Source: Proteromonas lacertae
Lineage: Eukaryota
DNA: 49,208 nucleotides
NCBI GenBank assembly: GCA_002245135.1
Contig: NGBS01000919.1
Location: 1 to 49,208 of the forward strand
Reading direction: 5' to 3'
In this document: one piece after another, positions 22,864-35,914 of the stretch
Layout: each line of letters starts with the position of its first letter
Numbering within the stretch: position 1 is the stretch's first letter
The notes under the pieces: generated by a model
Database searches by the model: none
What the model was told of the DNA's origin: nothing
Seen by the model: only the letters and a program-made list of their open reading frames with translations
Made by a program: the position numbers and the translations under genes

Positions 22864-24460
22864 TCAATCTATATCAATCACTTCAATTCCATTAATCTTT
22901 AATACACCATTCTTACAAAAATCTCCAAACAATGATTCTGGTTCAGGTTTTATTTTAGTTTTATTATTATTATTATTACCAACTCTATTAATCATCTCAT
23001 CATCATCATCATCATCAATTATATCAACAACTTCCTCTTTGTTCTCCACTTTCTATTTATTTATAAATACATATAATAATATACAGTTTCTTCTTTCTTT
23101 TCTTCTTTAATAATACTCCAATTTCCATCACTTTTCATTTCCACTTTATCTTGATTAGTAGTTTGATTAATAATAGACAATATCAAACCATCAATCATCA
23201 ATTTCATATTATTGCAACATTTATTACATATTGGACATTTCAACATCTTTGAATTATTACAACTTATCATTAAAAATGTCTTTAAATCAAAGCATTGAAT
23301 ATGACAACAATCTACAGATCTTACTGGAATCTTTATTCTACTTAAACTAACAGGATCACATAAATTCAATTCAAAATTTTCATCACTTACAATTACATCA
23401 CCTTTACTACCATCATTATCATCATCATCATCAAATGATAATGTGTCTTTAATTAAACTAAGCGAATAAACAGTAGGAAATTGATTTAATGAATCAATCA
23501 ACATACTATCTTCTAATTCATTATTTCTATATGTATTAACTGAATAAACTAATAAAAATAAACCAAGTTTCTTTGTATGAATGGGAAATGAAGAAGTCAT
23601 TACTTTTACATTGATTTTATTCTCATTAATCATATTTGTAATATTCTTTTCACCTTCATCAATAACTACAACATGAAGATCATTTATTTTAACTATAACT
23701 TTTCCTGCTCTATATATTTCACCATTTAATACAGAATAAACACTTATAAAAAAATCAGTATGAAATTTACCACCAGCAGTGTTAATATTGGTATTATTAA
23801 ACCAAAAGTATTGATCTTGTGTATAGTTCTGTAGTTCATATTTCGATATTACTCTCATCAATGATTTATCATCAAACATACCCACTTTCCTATGACAACA
23901 TTCAAAACATTTCCAACAATCTGGAGGATTGAAGTCTTCAGTGTATAAACAATGTCTATGAAAGACTCTATTGCAATTAGCACACTTAACTTTATCTTTA
24001 CCATCTTTTATGCCACAAATAATGCAGAATTTATTTTTTAAGAAGTATTGGTTGTTTGTGTTTAATACTTCATTTGTATTCATTTTTTTGATAAAAGGCT
24101 GGAATGCTGCCATGGTTATGTTGCTATTTACAAAAACATTCATTGGTGTTGAAGGTAAAGTTGGAGTGTATGTCGGCATATCATTAAACCAAGAATCAAA
24201 TGAACTGTATGGATTTAGTATACGAGAATTGCTCTGTATTTTGTCTGAAATCTTTTTCTTATTATCTGGCGTTGCGTTCTAAATTGAATTATATATTATT
24301 TAGAATATTATACTCTATAATATGTACGTATAGACTCAATTAGTTCATTTTTTCTACCACTTCTACTGATAGCACAATCTCTGCAAATATCTTTCAATAC
24401 ATTACAATTACACTGTTTTAAATAATCAGCAATTTTAACATCAGATATAACCACATTCAT
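22864..24460 (-). CDS. SIZ/PIAS-type SUMO E3 ligase (SAP + PHD + SP-RING)
   Basis: SAP-like LKDICRDCAISRSGRKNELIESI; PHD CIIC..CANC..FHRHC..WKCFEC; SP-RING LCDPVSLSRIKIPVRSVDCCHIQCFD..KCPIC; C-terminal SIM-like VVDIIDDDD. Two short introns. Confidence 0.88.
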
Positions 24461-24816
24461 TTTTCTTTTTGAAAGAGGTTTACCAAAATTTTCGTAAAAC
24501 AAAAAAAAGAACTTACACAATAAAAGCAAAAATAACATTATACTTTCATCAAATTATTCATTATTACTCATTTAAATAATTAATACATATATACAATAAT
24601 TTAAACCTAATTTACTCAATCTTTTGATATTTTCATATATATAATGTAATATTTAAGTGCATCAATGTCAAAAAACAACAATGTTTGTCTTTCAGATTCT
24701 GTTTTAAAGAAACTGAAAATTTAAAAAAGCTTGAGTCTGGGTTTGATAACATCGTTATATTTTATATTTCAATTTTTCTTTAGTCGCAATATTTCTATAA
24801 AGTTCTATCATGTAAA

Positions 24817-25709
24817 ATGACAGAAATAAAAGAATTTTCTCTTCAAATTATTCCAAGTAAGGCTATAGAATGTTATTTATCTAGATCGTTTTTATTTTAT
24901 GGCTTTGGCTGCAAATCCTTCCACAACCTCAGATTCTGAATATATATGCTTTGATAATATGCTAGTATTTATTTTCTTTTATTCTTGTTTGTAGGTTTAT
25001 GAAAGATTCTTTTCAGATTGGGGTCCATTACACATAGGACAAATATATCATTATATTCAAATAATTCAAGGCAAACTATCAGATCCTGGTCTAAAGAAAA
25101 AGAAAATAATCCACTATTGTGATTTACAACCTCATCATTACACAAATTCAGCATTATTATGCATGTGTTATCAAGTATATATATTTATATTTATAAAATG
25201 AACAGTATTTAATTCAACATAAATCAATAGAAGAAATATACACACCATTTTTCAACTTACCTCCTCTTTCTAATTTCAGAGACGCTTCATTTGCAACAAC
25301 AACTTTTCCTTTAATGGTAATAGACTGTTTAAAAGCACTAGATAAAGCAATAAAGTGTTATATATTTAATTTTGAAAAATTTGATATAGATAATTTCGAA
25401 TTGCATGAGAGAATAAAGAATGGTGATTTAAAATGGATTATTCCATCAAAAGTATTGGCATTTAGTGGACCATTTAATGTGAGAAGACAATTATTAGATG
25501 GATCTTATTCATGGTGTCCAGAAGATTATGCAATGTATATATATTTCTAATATATTATATTTAAAATAGGTATTTCAATAGTGTAAATATTACAGATGTA
25601 GTTCGATTAAATGAGCCAATGTATGATAGGAATAAATTCCTAAGATATGGAATAAAACATCACGAATTACAATATCCAGATGGTGGATTACCTACTGATA
25701 AAATCATTT

Positions 25710-25752
<43 letters not shown>

Positions 25753-26647
25753 TAATATTGATAGTGAATTTCTACAAATAGTAGATAATAGCAAAGGAGG
25801 AGTAGCAGTTCATTGTAAAGCAGGTTTAGGAAGAACAGGTAGTTTAATAGGTTGTTATTTAATGAAGAAATATCACTTCACAGCTACAGAAGCAATTGCT
25901 TGGATGAGATTATGTCGACCAGGTTGTGTATTAGGAATACAACAACAATGGCTAGTGTCAGTACAAAATAAAATGTGGAATTTACCAATATTAAATGATA
26001 AGAAAAGATTAGCAGCGAGTGGAGTGAATAATCAGTTGTTTTATAAACATGGTAAACAACAACAACAACAACAACAATATACAAATTCAGTGAAAACTAA
26101 TTTAAGATCTTTTACTACACCTCCTCCTAATAATAAAGTAAGATCCAATACATCTACAGGATTTGCATCACCACCACCATCAGTTACAAAGACAAATACT
26201 GCGACAGGAAATGATACAACAACAACAACAACAACAACTTTATCACCACTCTCATTATCAACAACTAATGTAATAAATAATAAAGGTCGTTCACATAATA
26301 CTACTAAGACAAGATCGCCACCATCCTCTGCATATACTGCATCTTCATCCTCTGCGTTAAATCGATCAGGATTATTATCATCTCCACCTACTAATACAAC
26401 AAATACAGTACCAAAGAGAAGTGGTAGTTCTGCTTCAGGTCAACCTTTATTTATATCAACTAATAAAATATCTACTAGTGTACCACGACAGATATATTAT
26501 AAAAAGAATCAAACTAACACAAACCCAAAGGATCGAAATACAACTCCAACAATTACAAAAGTACCAATATCTAGAGCTATTAGTGCATATTCAAAAGCTA
26601 GAGAGAATGTTATACCTCATACTAAACATAAATATTATGCTGCTTAG
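24817..26647 (+). CDS. CDC14: Cdc14 dual-specificity phosphatase (multi-exon)
   Basis: FFSDWGPLHIG, FRDAS, NGDLKWIIPSKVLAFSGP, catalytic VHCKAGLGRTG, AIAWMRLCRPG; long S/T-rich tail. Confidence 0.93.
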
Positions 26648-26869
26648 TATATGGAATAAAATAGTAAGACAAGTAACATATAATCTTTTTTTTTATTAAC
26701 TTTATAGTTGTAATTTATTTGTTAAACTATCTTATAATGTTTTATTGGGAGGTTTTTAAATTCTTTTACAAAATCAGTCAAAATAAATATGAAAAGCCGT
26801 TTTTTAATTCAAGCCAATAAATCAAGCCAACTGTTATTTTATTTCTTAAATTCATTTTAATCGATACTA

Positions 26870-27348
26870 ATGTCTGACACTGAAGAAGCTCAACAAAATC
26901 CAGTATATATTGAATTATCTATTCATTAAAGGCAACAGAGGAACCAGAAGTTCCAGCAGCAACTGAAGAGAATGAAGAACCTGCACCAGCAGCTGAAGAA
27001 ACCCAACCAGCTGAAGAAGCTGCACCAGAAGCACCAGCAGAAGAAGGAGCAGCTGAAGAGAAACCAGAAGGTGGTGATGAAGCTGAAAAGCCAGCAGAAG
27101 AAGGAGAGGAAAAACCAGCAGCAGAAGAAAAGCCTGCTGAAGATGAAATACCAACTGAAACCTTAGCTGAAGATTTTACTTATGAAGATTATGTGGAAGG
27201 TGAAGAAGTAAATCCAGAAGAATATGAAATAGTTGAAGTGAATGGTGAAAAGAAAAAGAAGCGAATTCAAAAGAAAGAAAATCAACCACAAGGAGATGGA
27301 ACTGCAGAAGTAAAACCAGACTCAGGATCATGTTGTATAGTAATGTAG
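26870..27348 (+). CDS. Small acidic Glu/Ala/Pro-rich protein ending in a CaaX motif (intron 26903-26931)
   Basis: Spliced MSDTEEAQQNP|ATEEPEVPAATEENEEPAPAAEE...KKKRIQKKE...SGSCCIVM*. True frame not in the ORF track. Confidence 0.8.
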
Positions 27349-27465
27349 AAAATAATAATAATAAAAAAAAAATAGTAATAAAATAATAAAAAGTAATTAT
27401 TATATAATATATATTGAATTTTTTATTGATTTTTTGATAATTAACAAAAAACAACATCTTTATAA

Positions 27466-28099
27466 TTAATAAATAGGTTTACTAGATAATTGTGTAGTAC
27501 TCCTATATTGTTTTGTTGTCTGAGTCTTTATATTTCCTTCAAAATCAATCATATAAATTCCTTCACATACACTCTCAACACTATAAAATATATAAACAAC
27601 ATGAACTAGTGAATATACTGTGCATTTGGCAAACTTTTAAATTCATCAGTACTATCAGCTTTTAGACTTTGTGGAATTTCTAACAAAATATTACTCAAAC
27701 TCTTCTTAAATTCTGATGCAATTCCTTTATGAAAATATAACCCAACACACATGCATTGTTTTGAATACCCTAACATAAGAAAATTGTTTTGAACTTCTAA
27801 ATGCAAAGGTTGTGCGATTGTAATTAATAGATCAGTTTTTGATGTTTTGTTGAGTAGTAATATACGATATGGATGATCTTCATTTCTTGAGTATAAAGTA
27901 CAATTACCTTGAATTCCCATCTCACTCCATTTTAGTGGAGTATATGTTACATTTAGTATATATGCAGTGACTAAAGGAGAGTTTGCAATAATCTCTTCAC
28001 AATCTTGGTCTATTTGCTGCAACTTTCTAAATATTGTATTTCTAACAATAGAATATAAATGAATAATTACAGTTTCTGTTGATTAGGTGTGTTATTCAT
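27466..28099 (-). CDS. DCP1: mRNA decapping factor Dcp1-like (EVH1 domain), 3 exons
   Basis: LQQID..CEEIIANSPLVTAY..W..MGIQGNCTLYSR...YRILLLNK matches the Dcp1 EVH1 pattern. Confidence 0.75.
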
Positions 28100-28427
28100 T
28101 CAAAATAAAGAATTTAAATGTCAAGCCAGCTTGTTGTAATTTTGAAAAGAAAAGTAATGTATAGTTTATAATGATTACATATGAAGTAGATAAACTACAG
28201 TATATAGAATAACAAAAGAAAAACATAAAATAATCTTTATAACAAAAAATAACAATTTCATTGCTTGTTTATTTCCTGAATTATGCATGTTTATCATTTT
28301 CATGATTTGTTCAGAATTTTGATGAGTATTTATTCTTACATAGAAATTTCTTTCATTCTATTCTAGAAGCTTCTAGAACAATTTAGATAAATTCTTTATT
28401 TCTTTTATTCTTGTTTTTCTTTTCAAA

Positions 28428-29492
28428 ATGTTTATCTACGTAGCTATACTTAAAGGCTCAGAGACAACAGGTGAAAGTGAGTTAATTCGATTAAATGTCT
28501 CTCCAATGGAGACAATTGCATCACTAAAAGATAAGTATTTACAAACAGGAAAATGTCCAACACCAAACTATGTAGCACTTAAATTTAGGGTATAGTATAT
28601 CATATGAATATGTATTTATAATTTATAGGGTCAATTGTTAAGAGATGAGAAATTATTACGTGAATATAACATTAGTAATGAAGATACAATATATCATGTG
28701 GTAAACAGCTTCCCAAGTTATTCCACTATGAATTATCACGTTTTATCACAAAGCTTAAAAGAAGATGCAAAAGCAAAAGGAGATTATCGTCACGCAGGTT
28801 ATAGTAGTGAAGATCTAAGTAATTGGGATAGTGATTGGAGTAAAGGTGACGAATGGAAGCAATATCCTCCAGTATTAGTCCATGATTTAGAAGAAAGAAA
28901 TCACAATGAATTAGTAGCATCTCCTGGTTTAAAACCTACCGTAATGCCAAGTATGTACAACGGAAGGAGTTTAATTAAGACTTATATATGTAAAGTGAAT
29001 GGTTTCTATTATAATTTATATCACAAAATGGAAGGTAGATGGAATGGCACAGTAAATATAATTGATTCGAAAGAACACAGAAATAGTGTAAGAATCTGTA
29101 CAAGTTTCATTAGTTTTGATATAAAAGGACATTGGAATGAGAAACATACAACTACAACCAGTGATGGAATTACTACAATATATGAGAATATATTAAAGCC
29201 ATTTAGTAATGGTGTATTGAAGGTTGAAACAACTGATCCAAGATATAGTAAATGCTTTATTACTATGAATGAAGAAAGTGATAATATATTGTTATTAACA
29301 TATACAAATAGACAAACAGGCCAGCCTATGATGATTGAGACAATTAACTATATTGACGATTATCAAAGAGTTCGAACTCAACAACATTTTCATAGTAATG
29401 GAAGTTTGGGTTTAGTTCATATTTATCAAGAACAAAGAGTAATAGATAGTGTAAGTGGTGCAGTTGAGAAATTTGGTAATTTTAGTTTATAA
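28428..29492 (+). CDS. Ubiquitin-like domain protein with C-terminal beta-rich domain (intron 28590-28628)
   Basis: LNVSPMETIASLKDK..LKFR|GQLLRDEKLLREYNISNEDTIYHV is UBL-like. The C-terminus (EGRWNG...) is beta-strand rich, function unknown. Confidence 0.75.
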
Positions 29493-29900
29493 GGTTATGT
29501 TATTTTTGTTTTTATTATTAATATTTTTTTATCATATATATATTGACATAATTAATAATGGTATGTATGCTTTCATTAAGTTATAAAATGAAAATAAATA
29601 ATTGAAACGAATTAATTTTTTGAAATAGGCAAACAGGCTTGAAAATGTTTTTCTTAAATAGTTTTGCAGATGAAGTGTTATCATCAGTACTTTCATCCGA
29701 TTGTGGAGTATTTACAACACCTATACTTATAGGTGAAAGAGAGGGATGAAAAGAGTAGTTATGAAGAAAATTTTGTTGTACAACATCAAAATAACAGAAA
29801 TGTTTATTCATTTCCATTTAAAATAGAAATTATTAAAACAAAATTATTAAAAGAATTATTAAAACAATTCTTCAACATTAAATAATCTAATTCATATTAA

Positions 29901-31150
29901 TTAATTATTTTTAAATACATTATACACTAATTCACTATTCTTTTTACTAATAACATGATTTGAAATATCATATAATAAATATTTACCACTATCTGAATTA
30001 TTTATACCTTCATATTCATCCCTTAACAAATATGGAGTAGGATATCTATTTATTATATTCTTTACTTGCAAAATCCCCATTCCTTTTATTTGACTTAATT
30101 GTTGACCAAAATATTCTTTTAATTTTAAATCTTTCATGGATTTTATATAATTACAATAATTAACGAATAATGTTGGAGGATTACTCAAAATATTCTTACA
30201 TAATTCTTCAATTTTATTACTTTTTATCTCATTTTCTATTACATTATGTATTGTACTTAGAAACTCAACAGTTCCATCAATACTAACAGTCCTTTCTATC
30301 ATAAATCCATCATTAATTTCTGTATGAATTATTGAAGATTCTAATGTCTCTTTCGGTATTCTATCTTGACTAATTAAACATCCTTCAATTAAATAGATTA
30401 TATGATGAAGACCACTGTTCTTTAGTCTATATTTCTGTTCACTATATCTTCCATCAAAGATACTGTGAGCCAAATCATAACTTGTTTTTCTTTCTATTAT
30501 ATAATCTGTTAATAATTCTATTCCACTTCTTTTATCTTTTATTATCCATTGATAATCTCCTAGCGGTAATTGGCATATTCTACAACTTATTTTTCGATTT
30601 AATAAATGAGTGTGGATATAAGTTCTATCTTCTTTACTTCTCATTTCTCTATTATCTACTAATAATATCAATTCGAAATTATTATTATTTCTTTCATTTG
30701 AATATTCATTTAATAAAGAGATTGCATCATTATCTATTGGCAAAACAAATTCAGATTCTATTGTTCTTTCTTTTTTATTCAATTTTCTTCTCTTTCTAGG
30801 ATTCTTTTCACCTTGTAACTCATTATCCTCCTCTTTCTCTTCTTCTTCCTCTTCTGATAAGGAAGACGCTGATTTGATAGTATTTCTACCATTTGTTATT
30901 ATTTTTTGTATTTTAGAGGCTAAATAACCACCTACTCCATTTATTAACATAGCATCTTCTTTGGATTTTATTGGGAGTGGGTACCTATTTCATACAATAA
31001 TAATTAGATATACAATGTCATTGCTTTGATAGCTTTAGCATATTGAAAAACAAGGTTTACATTTGCTTTCATTTTCCTCAAACCTAATTCTTCTTCGACT
31101 AATGAATCAACTATATGTTGATTCAATTCACAAGAACATATGCGTTCCAT
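29901..31150 (-). CDS. MUS81: Crossover junction endonuclease MUS81 (2 exons)
   Basis: N-terminal HhH (YPLPIKSKEDAMLINGVGGYLA); ERCC4 domain VDNRE, LPLGDYQW, IIERK..DLAHSIFDGRYSEQKYRL; C-terminal HhH. Confidence 0.92.
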
Positions 31151-31210
31151 TAAATTTGAAGAATAATATAAATACACTTAATACAAAAACGGATATAATC
31201 TTATAATTAA

Positions 31211-31221
31211 TTGGCGCGAAA
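31211..31221. promoter_or_regulatory. E2F-like binding site in the MUS81 bidirectional promoter
   Basis: TTGGCGCGAAA (rc TTTCGCGCCAA) matches TTTSSCGC in an otherwise very AT-rich 82-bp spacer. Confidence 0.55.
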
Positions 31222-31232
31222 TTCTTTTAAAT

Positions 31233-31639
31233 ATGAATGTGTGTGAAGCAGAGAAAGCATCGCTTCCTTTTAGTAACTATCACAAGCCTACAGCAGTATA
31301 TTATTAAATTATTGTAAATAGAACTGTTCACAGTACAAATTCCCAGTATATGTTTCTACAACCTATTCACCTCCAAGAGTACCTAGTATAAAATACAGTA
31401 TTTATATATCAATAGAAAGAAGTAGAAAATCAAAGCCAAGTCCGAGTAAGGAAGTAATGAACTGTAAATCTTTTTATTTGAAAGAAGTAGATGATAAAAT
31501 TGAAGTGTATGATAAATCCATGTTAGATCAATGTGAACAGAAACAGTATGATTTATTTTTCTAACAAATCTATAGAATTCAAATGAAAATAGAATCATTC
31601 ATTCCAGAAAAGAGAGCCAAAATATCTGCATCAAATTAA
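31233..31639 (+). CDS. Small 4-exon hypothetical protein with C-terminal PIP-box-like motif
   Basis: Removing three GTAT..TAG introns gives one open frame, MNVCEAEK...QIQMKIESFIPEKRAKISASN*. Absent from the ORF track. Confidence 0.7.
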
Positions 31640-32012
31640 TTAATCGTTTAAATAGTTTCGTAATAATCATTAATAATTCATATCTTTATTCTTTGTTTTT
31701 CATTTGTTTATAATGGGAGTTTGATAAGTTCTCGAGAAATTTAAGAAATTCATCAAACCAATTAAGGTTAAAAATTTATTTCTTTTCATCTTCAACTTAT
31801 ACTTTTTCTGAAATGAATTTCTTTATGGGTTAAGTTATAATACATAATAGTTACATTTTAATATAATATCTAAAATGTGAATAAATAAAAGAATCACATT
31901 TATAGAACATTATCATTCTCTATGTTCATACAGTATAAAGATTAAAAAATCATAAAAATTCAAATAATTGGCTTGAGTGAGTTTGATTGGTTGATTGATA
32001 TTTTTAAAATTA

Positions 32013-32825
32013 ATGAAGCCAGAAGACGCTGCTGAGAGAATTAGAAAAACTAAATTAGTTTTTGATTATAGTAAAATTATTGGTGATACTTATGTTGCTA
32101 ATCGTCACACATTCTTTCAAAGAATGCAAGATCTTGGGGATATGGGATTGAAATTTGTATCAATAGACATACACAGTGACGAAGTAGTAAGTATTGCAGT
32201 TGATGCAGTAAAAGCTGCAGGTAAGATGATTTTTATTGGTGTTTCTGGTATATGTACTCAAGACCAATTTGATCTCGTGAAAGACACAGGAATTCATTTT
32301 ATTTCATGTCCAATATTACCTCAATTTGATATAGTCACAATGTGTCATGAATTAGGTATTGTATGTATATTATCAGGTGTAACTCCAAAAGATGTGATAG
32401 CAGCACACGATGCAGGTGCAGATTATGTACAAATCATACCAGTAACAAGTTATGATATATCAACATTAAAAAGAATGATTGAAGAGGGTATTTGGCAAGA
32501 TACAAAAATAATAGGCGCAGGAGGAGTATCCTTAGAAACTGCTCAATATTGGTTGAATGCTGGTTGTACATTAGTTACAATGAGTGACTGTATGATGGGA
32601 AAAGATATTTCATTAAAAGCAACTGATAAGATGTTTGGTGATGCTGTTCAAGATTTCAATCAACGTATTCGTAGTGCTGATTTTGAAGTATTAAATAATG
32701 TAGTTGTATGTAGTAGACCTCCTAAGAATTATGTTTGGGAAAAGAAGATTTGGGATGAACCTTGGACTCCAGTTGAAAGAGTAAAAGCCCCACCAGGTGG
32801 TGTTGATCATTGGCAATTGGGCTAA
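32013..32825 (+). CDS. KDPG/KHG aldolase-like TIM-barrel protein (catalytic residues altered)
   Basis: FISCP, SGVTPKDVIAAHDAGADYVQIIP, GAGGVSLETAQYWLNAG align with the Eda family. The usual VKxFP lysine is Q. Confidence 0.78.
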   Translation: MKPEDAAERIRKTKLVFDYSKIIGDTYVANRHTFFQRMQDLGDMGLKFVSIDIHSDEVVSIAVDAVKAAGKMIFIGVSGICTQDQFDLVKDTGIHFISCPILPQFDIVTMCHELGIVCILSGVTPKDVIAAHDAGADYVQIIPVTSYDISTLKRMIEEGIWQDTKIIGAGGVSLETAQYWLNAGCTLVTMSDCMMGKDISLKATDKMFGDAVQDFNQRIRSADFEVLNNVVVCSRPPKNYVWEKKIWDEPWTPVERVKAPPGGVDHWQLG

Positions 32826-32967
32826 TCAATTTAAAAGAAAAATACACACTAAATACTATTATTTTTGAGATGTTTTGTTTTTTATGGTTGTTTAAATATT
32901 GTTCAATCGATTTTATTACGAATGTTTACATGGGTTGTTTTTTTATGAAACAAATCATTTAATTTTA

Positions 32968-35914
32968 ATGACTTCTGATTCAGTAAAAAAGGATTTACAA
33001 AATGTATTATACCTATTTTGACTATATCTATAGCTTGAACATCTAGGTGAATCTGGAGACTCACAATTTGCAGCTCATATTCTTAATTGTCTTGATTCAA
33101 AGAGTGTGGGTAAAACAACATTATCACTATCTGAGTATATAAAGTTTTGGGGAGAATTATCAGAAAAAAATCAAGTATATAACTATGCACTTGGTTTGTT
33201 GACTAAATTCCAAGCTTTTGATGAAATGAAAAAGTCAAAGAAAGCTGAAGTAAATATAGAATTTGAAATGACATATAAAGCAATAGGATTAACATTATTG
33301 TGTTTAAATCTATTCTGGAACTTAAAAAGTGAAGATCCAAAAATAGAATGGCAAATTAGTCAATGGTTTAATGACAAGCCACCATCTGATTCAGCTAAAA
33401 CCATTTTAGATTTATTAAAATGTGCAGGAGATTATAATGCAATGATAGAAAGGACTTTATATGAATATTTATCATTAGATGAATTAACAACAACAATTAA
33501 TATTAGCACAGGTGATGTAGATGTAGATTCACAAAGTATATATCAAATTGTTATTATATATTATATACTATAATATATAGATTTTAATTTTCTATCATGG
33601 TTATTCTTAATAACATGTGCATATAAAAGACAAGGTGTATATGTACTATTAGAGAAATTATTCACATATATTGAACAAATCTCAAAATCTCTCAATGAGA
33701 TAGAAACAACAGGTCCAAAATTGCTGTTGGTATTAGATATGTATTATGATATATACACATTCTATCCATATGTCGAACCACATTATTTGTCCAAATTATT
33801 ACAATATATAGAGCCGTTACAATATTTACCTTTACCTTATAGTAAGGAAATAAAGTCTGTAATGAAGAATATAAAAGAAGAAATATGTTCACCAGGTTAT
33901 ACACTAAGATCTGAATGTTTAAGTGATAATCTATTTCTTAATTCATATGGTGAGGATTTAATCAATTCAAAGCATTTAACATCATCGATTATAGCTTCAA
34001 AGGTACAAAGAGGTTTATTTATATTCCATAATATTCAATCATTTTCATCTACTCAATATAATCACATATTTCAAAAAACATATGTAAGTGATGGAGAATG
34101 GGTTGAAAATGTATATAAGTTAAGAAGTTTAATAATATATGATATATTACATTATGATTTTGATATAATCATTGAAAATAATAATAATAATAATAATAAT
34201 AATAGTAATAGTAATAGTTCAATTAAAAAACCAAATGATGGGATTAGTTTTAGTGTATTAGGAAGTGATGAAGATATGAATAATCATAATAAAAATAACT
34301 TTACATTTGATGAATTAATATTAAAGTGTCAATCTTCAAAGATTGTAGAATGGTATTCAAGAGTAAGAGATATACAGAATATATGTGTTTCAATGTATAA
34401 ATATTCTATTATTTATTTATTTAATTAGTGAAGATTTAACAAATATAAAATCATACAGAGAAAGTCAATTATTACCCATTTTACTAGAAATCATCGAGAC
34501 AATCTATAATACAGTAAAAATAAAATGTGATTATAAGATATTAAGATATACATATATTAAACCAAGTGAATCAATGGTAAAAGAAGATGATGATGGATTA
34601 TTAGATGAGTCAAAGATAGAAATGATTGAAGATCATGATTCAGTAAAACAAATAATGAGGTATATATATGTATTAATTTATAATATAGTATTCCTGATTA
34701 TCTCATTGAAGTGGAACAATTAGAATCATCCCAATCATCTAACGATAATTCCAATGGAGTATTTCCAGATATAATTGAAGGTGAAAAGTTATATGTAATA
34801 ATGAGTGATTTGACTGATTTAGAATCATTGACATACATCTCCAGTCATGTATTATATTCCCTTAGTGAAGCTACAAATAAAGATATTCCTACACTGTTAC
34901 AATCATCAAATATACCATTACCTATATTGAGATTATGTTATTTAGGTGATAGTAATGTAATAGCATAGAATGATTTGTAGTTATATTGGTATTAGATATA
35001 AATGTAGAAGTTATACAGAGTTGGTAGATTATCGATATTATGTATTACCATATGGTAAGAATTTATTAGCTCAATATTTAGCTATGACTGATATATTATA
35101 TAGAAAATTAGTATATATTATTATTATTATTATTAATGTTTAGGTATATTGCATGATGCAATCTCCAGACATTGTACCATCTCTTGAGAAACACGAAGAC
35201 AAGCCAAATCCAGAAATATTAAACATTGTAAATCCATATAAATTACAAAAATACATAATCAATTCATTCATTAGATCCTCCAGAATAGTAACATATATGA
35301 AGATATATCTATGTGAAGGATGGTTAAATACTAATAATACAAACTCACCTGATGTTAAAATACCATTTATAATGAGAGTAGAATTAGGTTGTTCAACTGG
35401 TGCACAAATGCAATTTAGAGAAACGAATGAAAATTTTATAAGACATTTATCAGATAAATCCTTCAATAGATCACCATTACTGAATACACCATCTGTCATA
35501 ATACAATATACTGAAGTTAATATTAATGGAAAACAGATTTCCAGTGTTCAAAAACCTGCTTTTACATATTCAAGAATTGTAGTTGCTAATGCTCCTATTC
35601 CGGAGGATTGGATTTATTGTAATGTCAGACCATCAGATCCTTGGTTGAATTTACATATGATTGAAACACATCCTAATTTTAGTAATCTTATAAATAAGAA
35701 AGATGAAATGGGCTTGAGAAATTATTTGATTCAAGGAGGTAAAAGATGTGATGTTGGCAGTGTGATTATTCAATCTCAAAATCCAAGTGATGTTTTTCCT
35801 ATTTTAATAGATGATAAATTATTTGGACAATTTAGAAAGATCAGAATAGTTCCATGCATTTTGGATGGTCATACTCAAGAAGCTATACCAATTATGCACT
35901 GTGCTGAATATTAA
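32968..35914 (+). CDS. Multi-exon protein resembling PI3K class IB regulatory subunit (p101/p84-like)
   Basis: ORFs 33106, 33721, 34385, 34711 and 35153 are linked by short introns. Helical N-terminus; LRLCYLG, IPFIMRVELG and IRIVPC..IPIM recall p101-family blocks (recalled similarity, not searched). Confidence 0.5.

Noticed and set aside
25711..25765. (TA)n run translated as YIYIYIY in Cdc14
   Set aside because: Lies in an in-frame GT..AG intron; ordinary microsatellite.
26915..27457. ORF-track proteins 26915..27154, 26972..27166 and 27176..27457
   Set aside because: Wrong frame or strand of the spliced CaaX gene.
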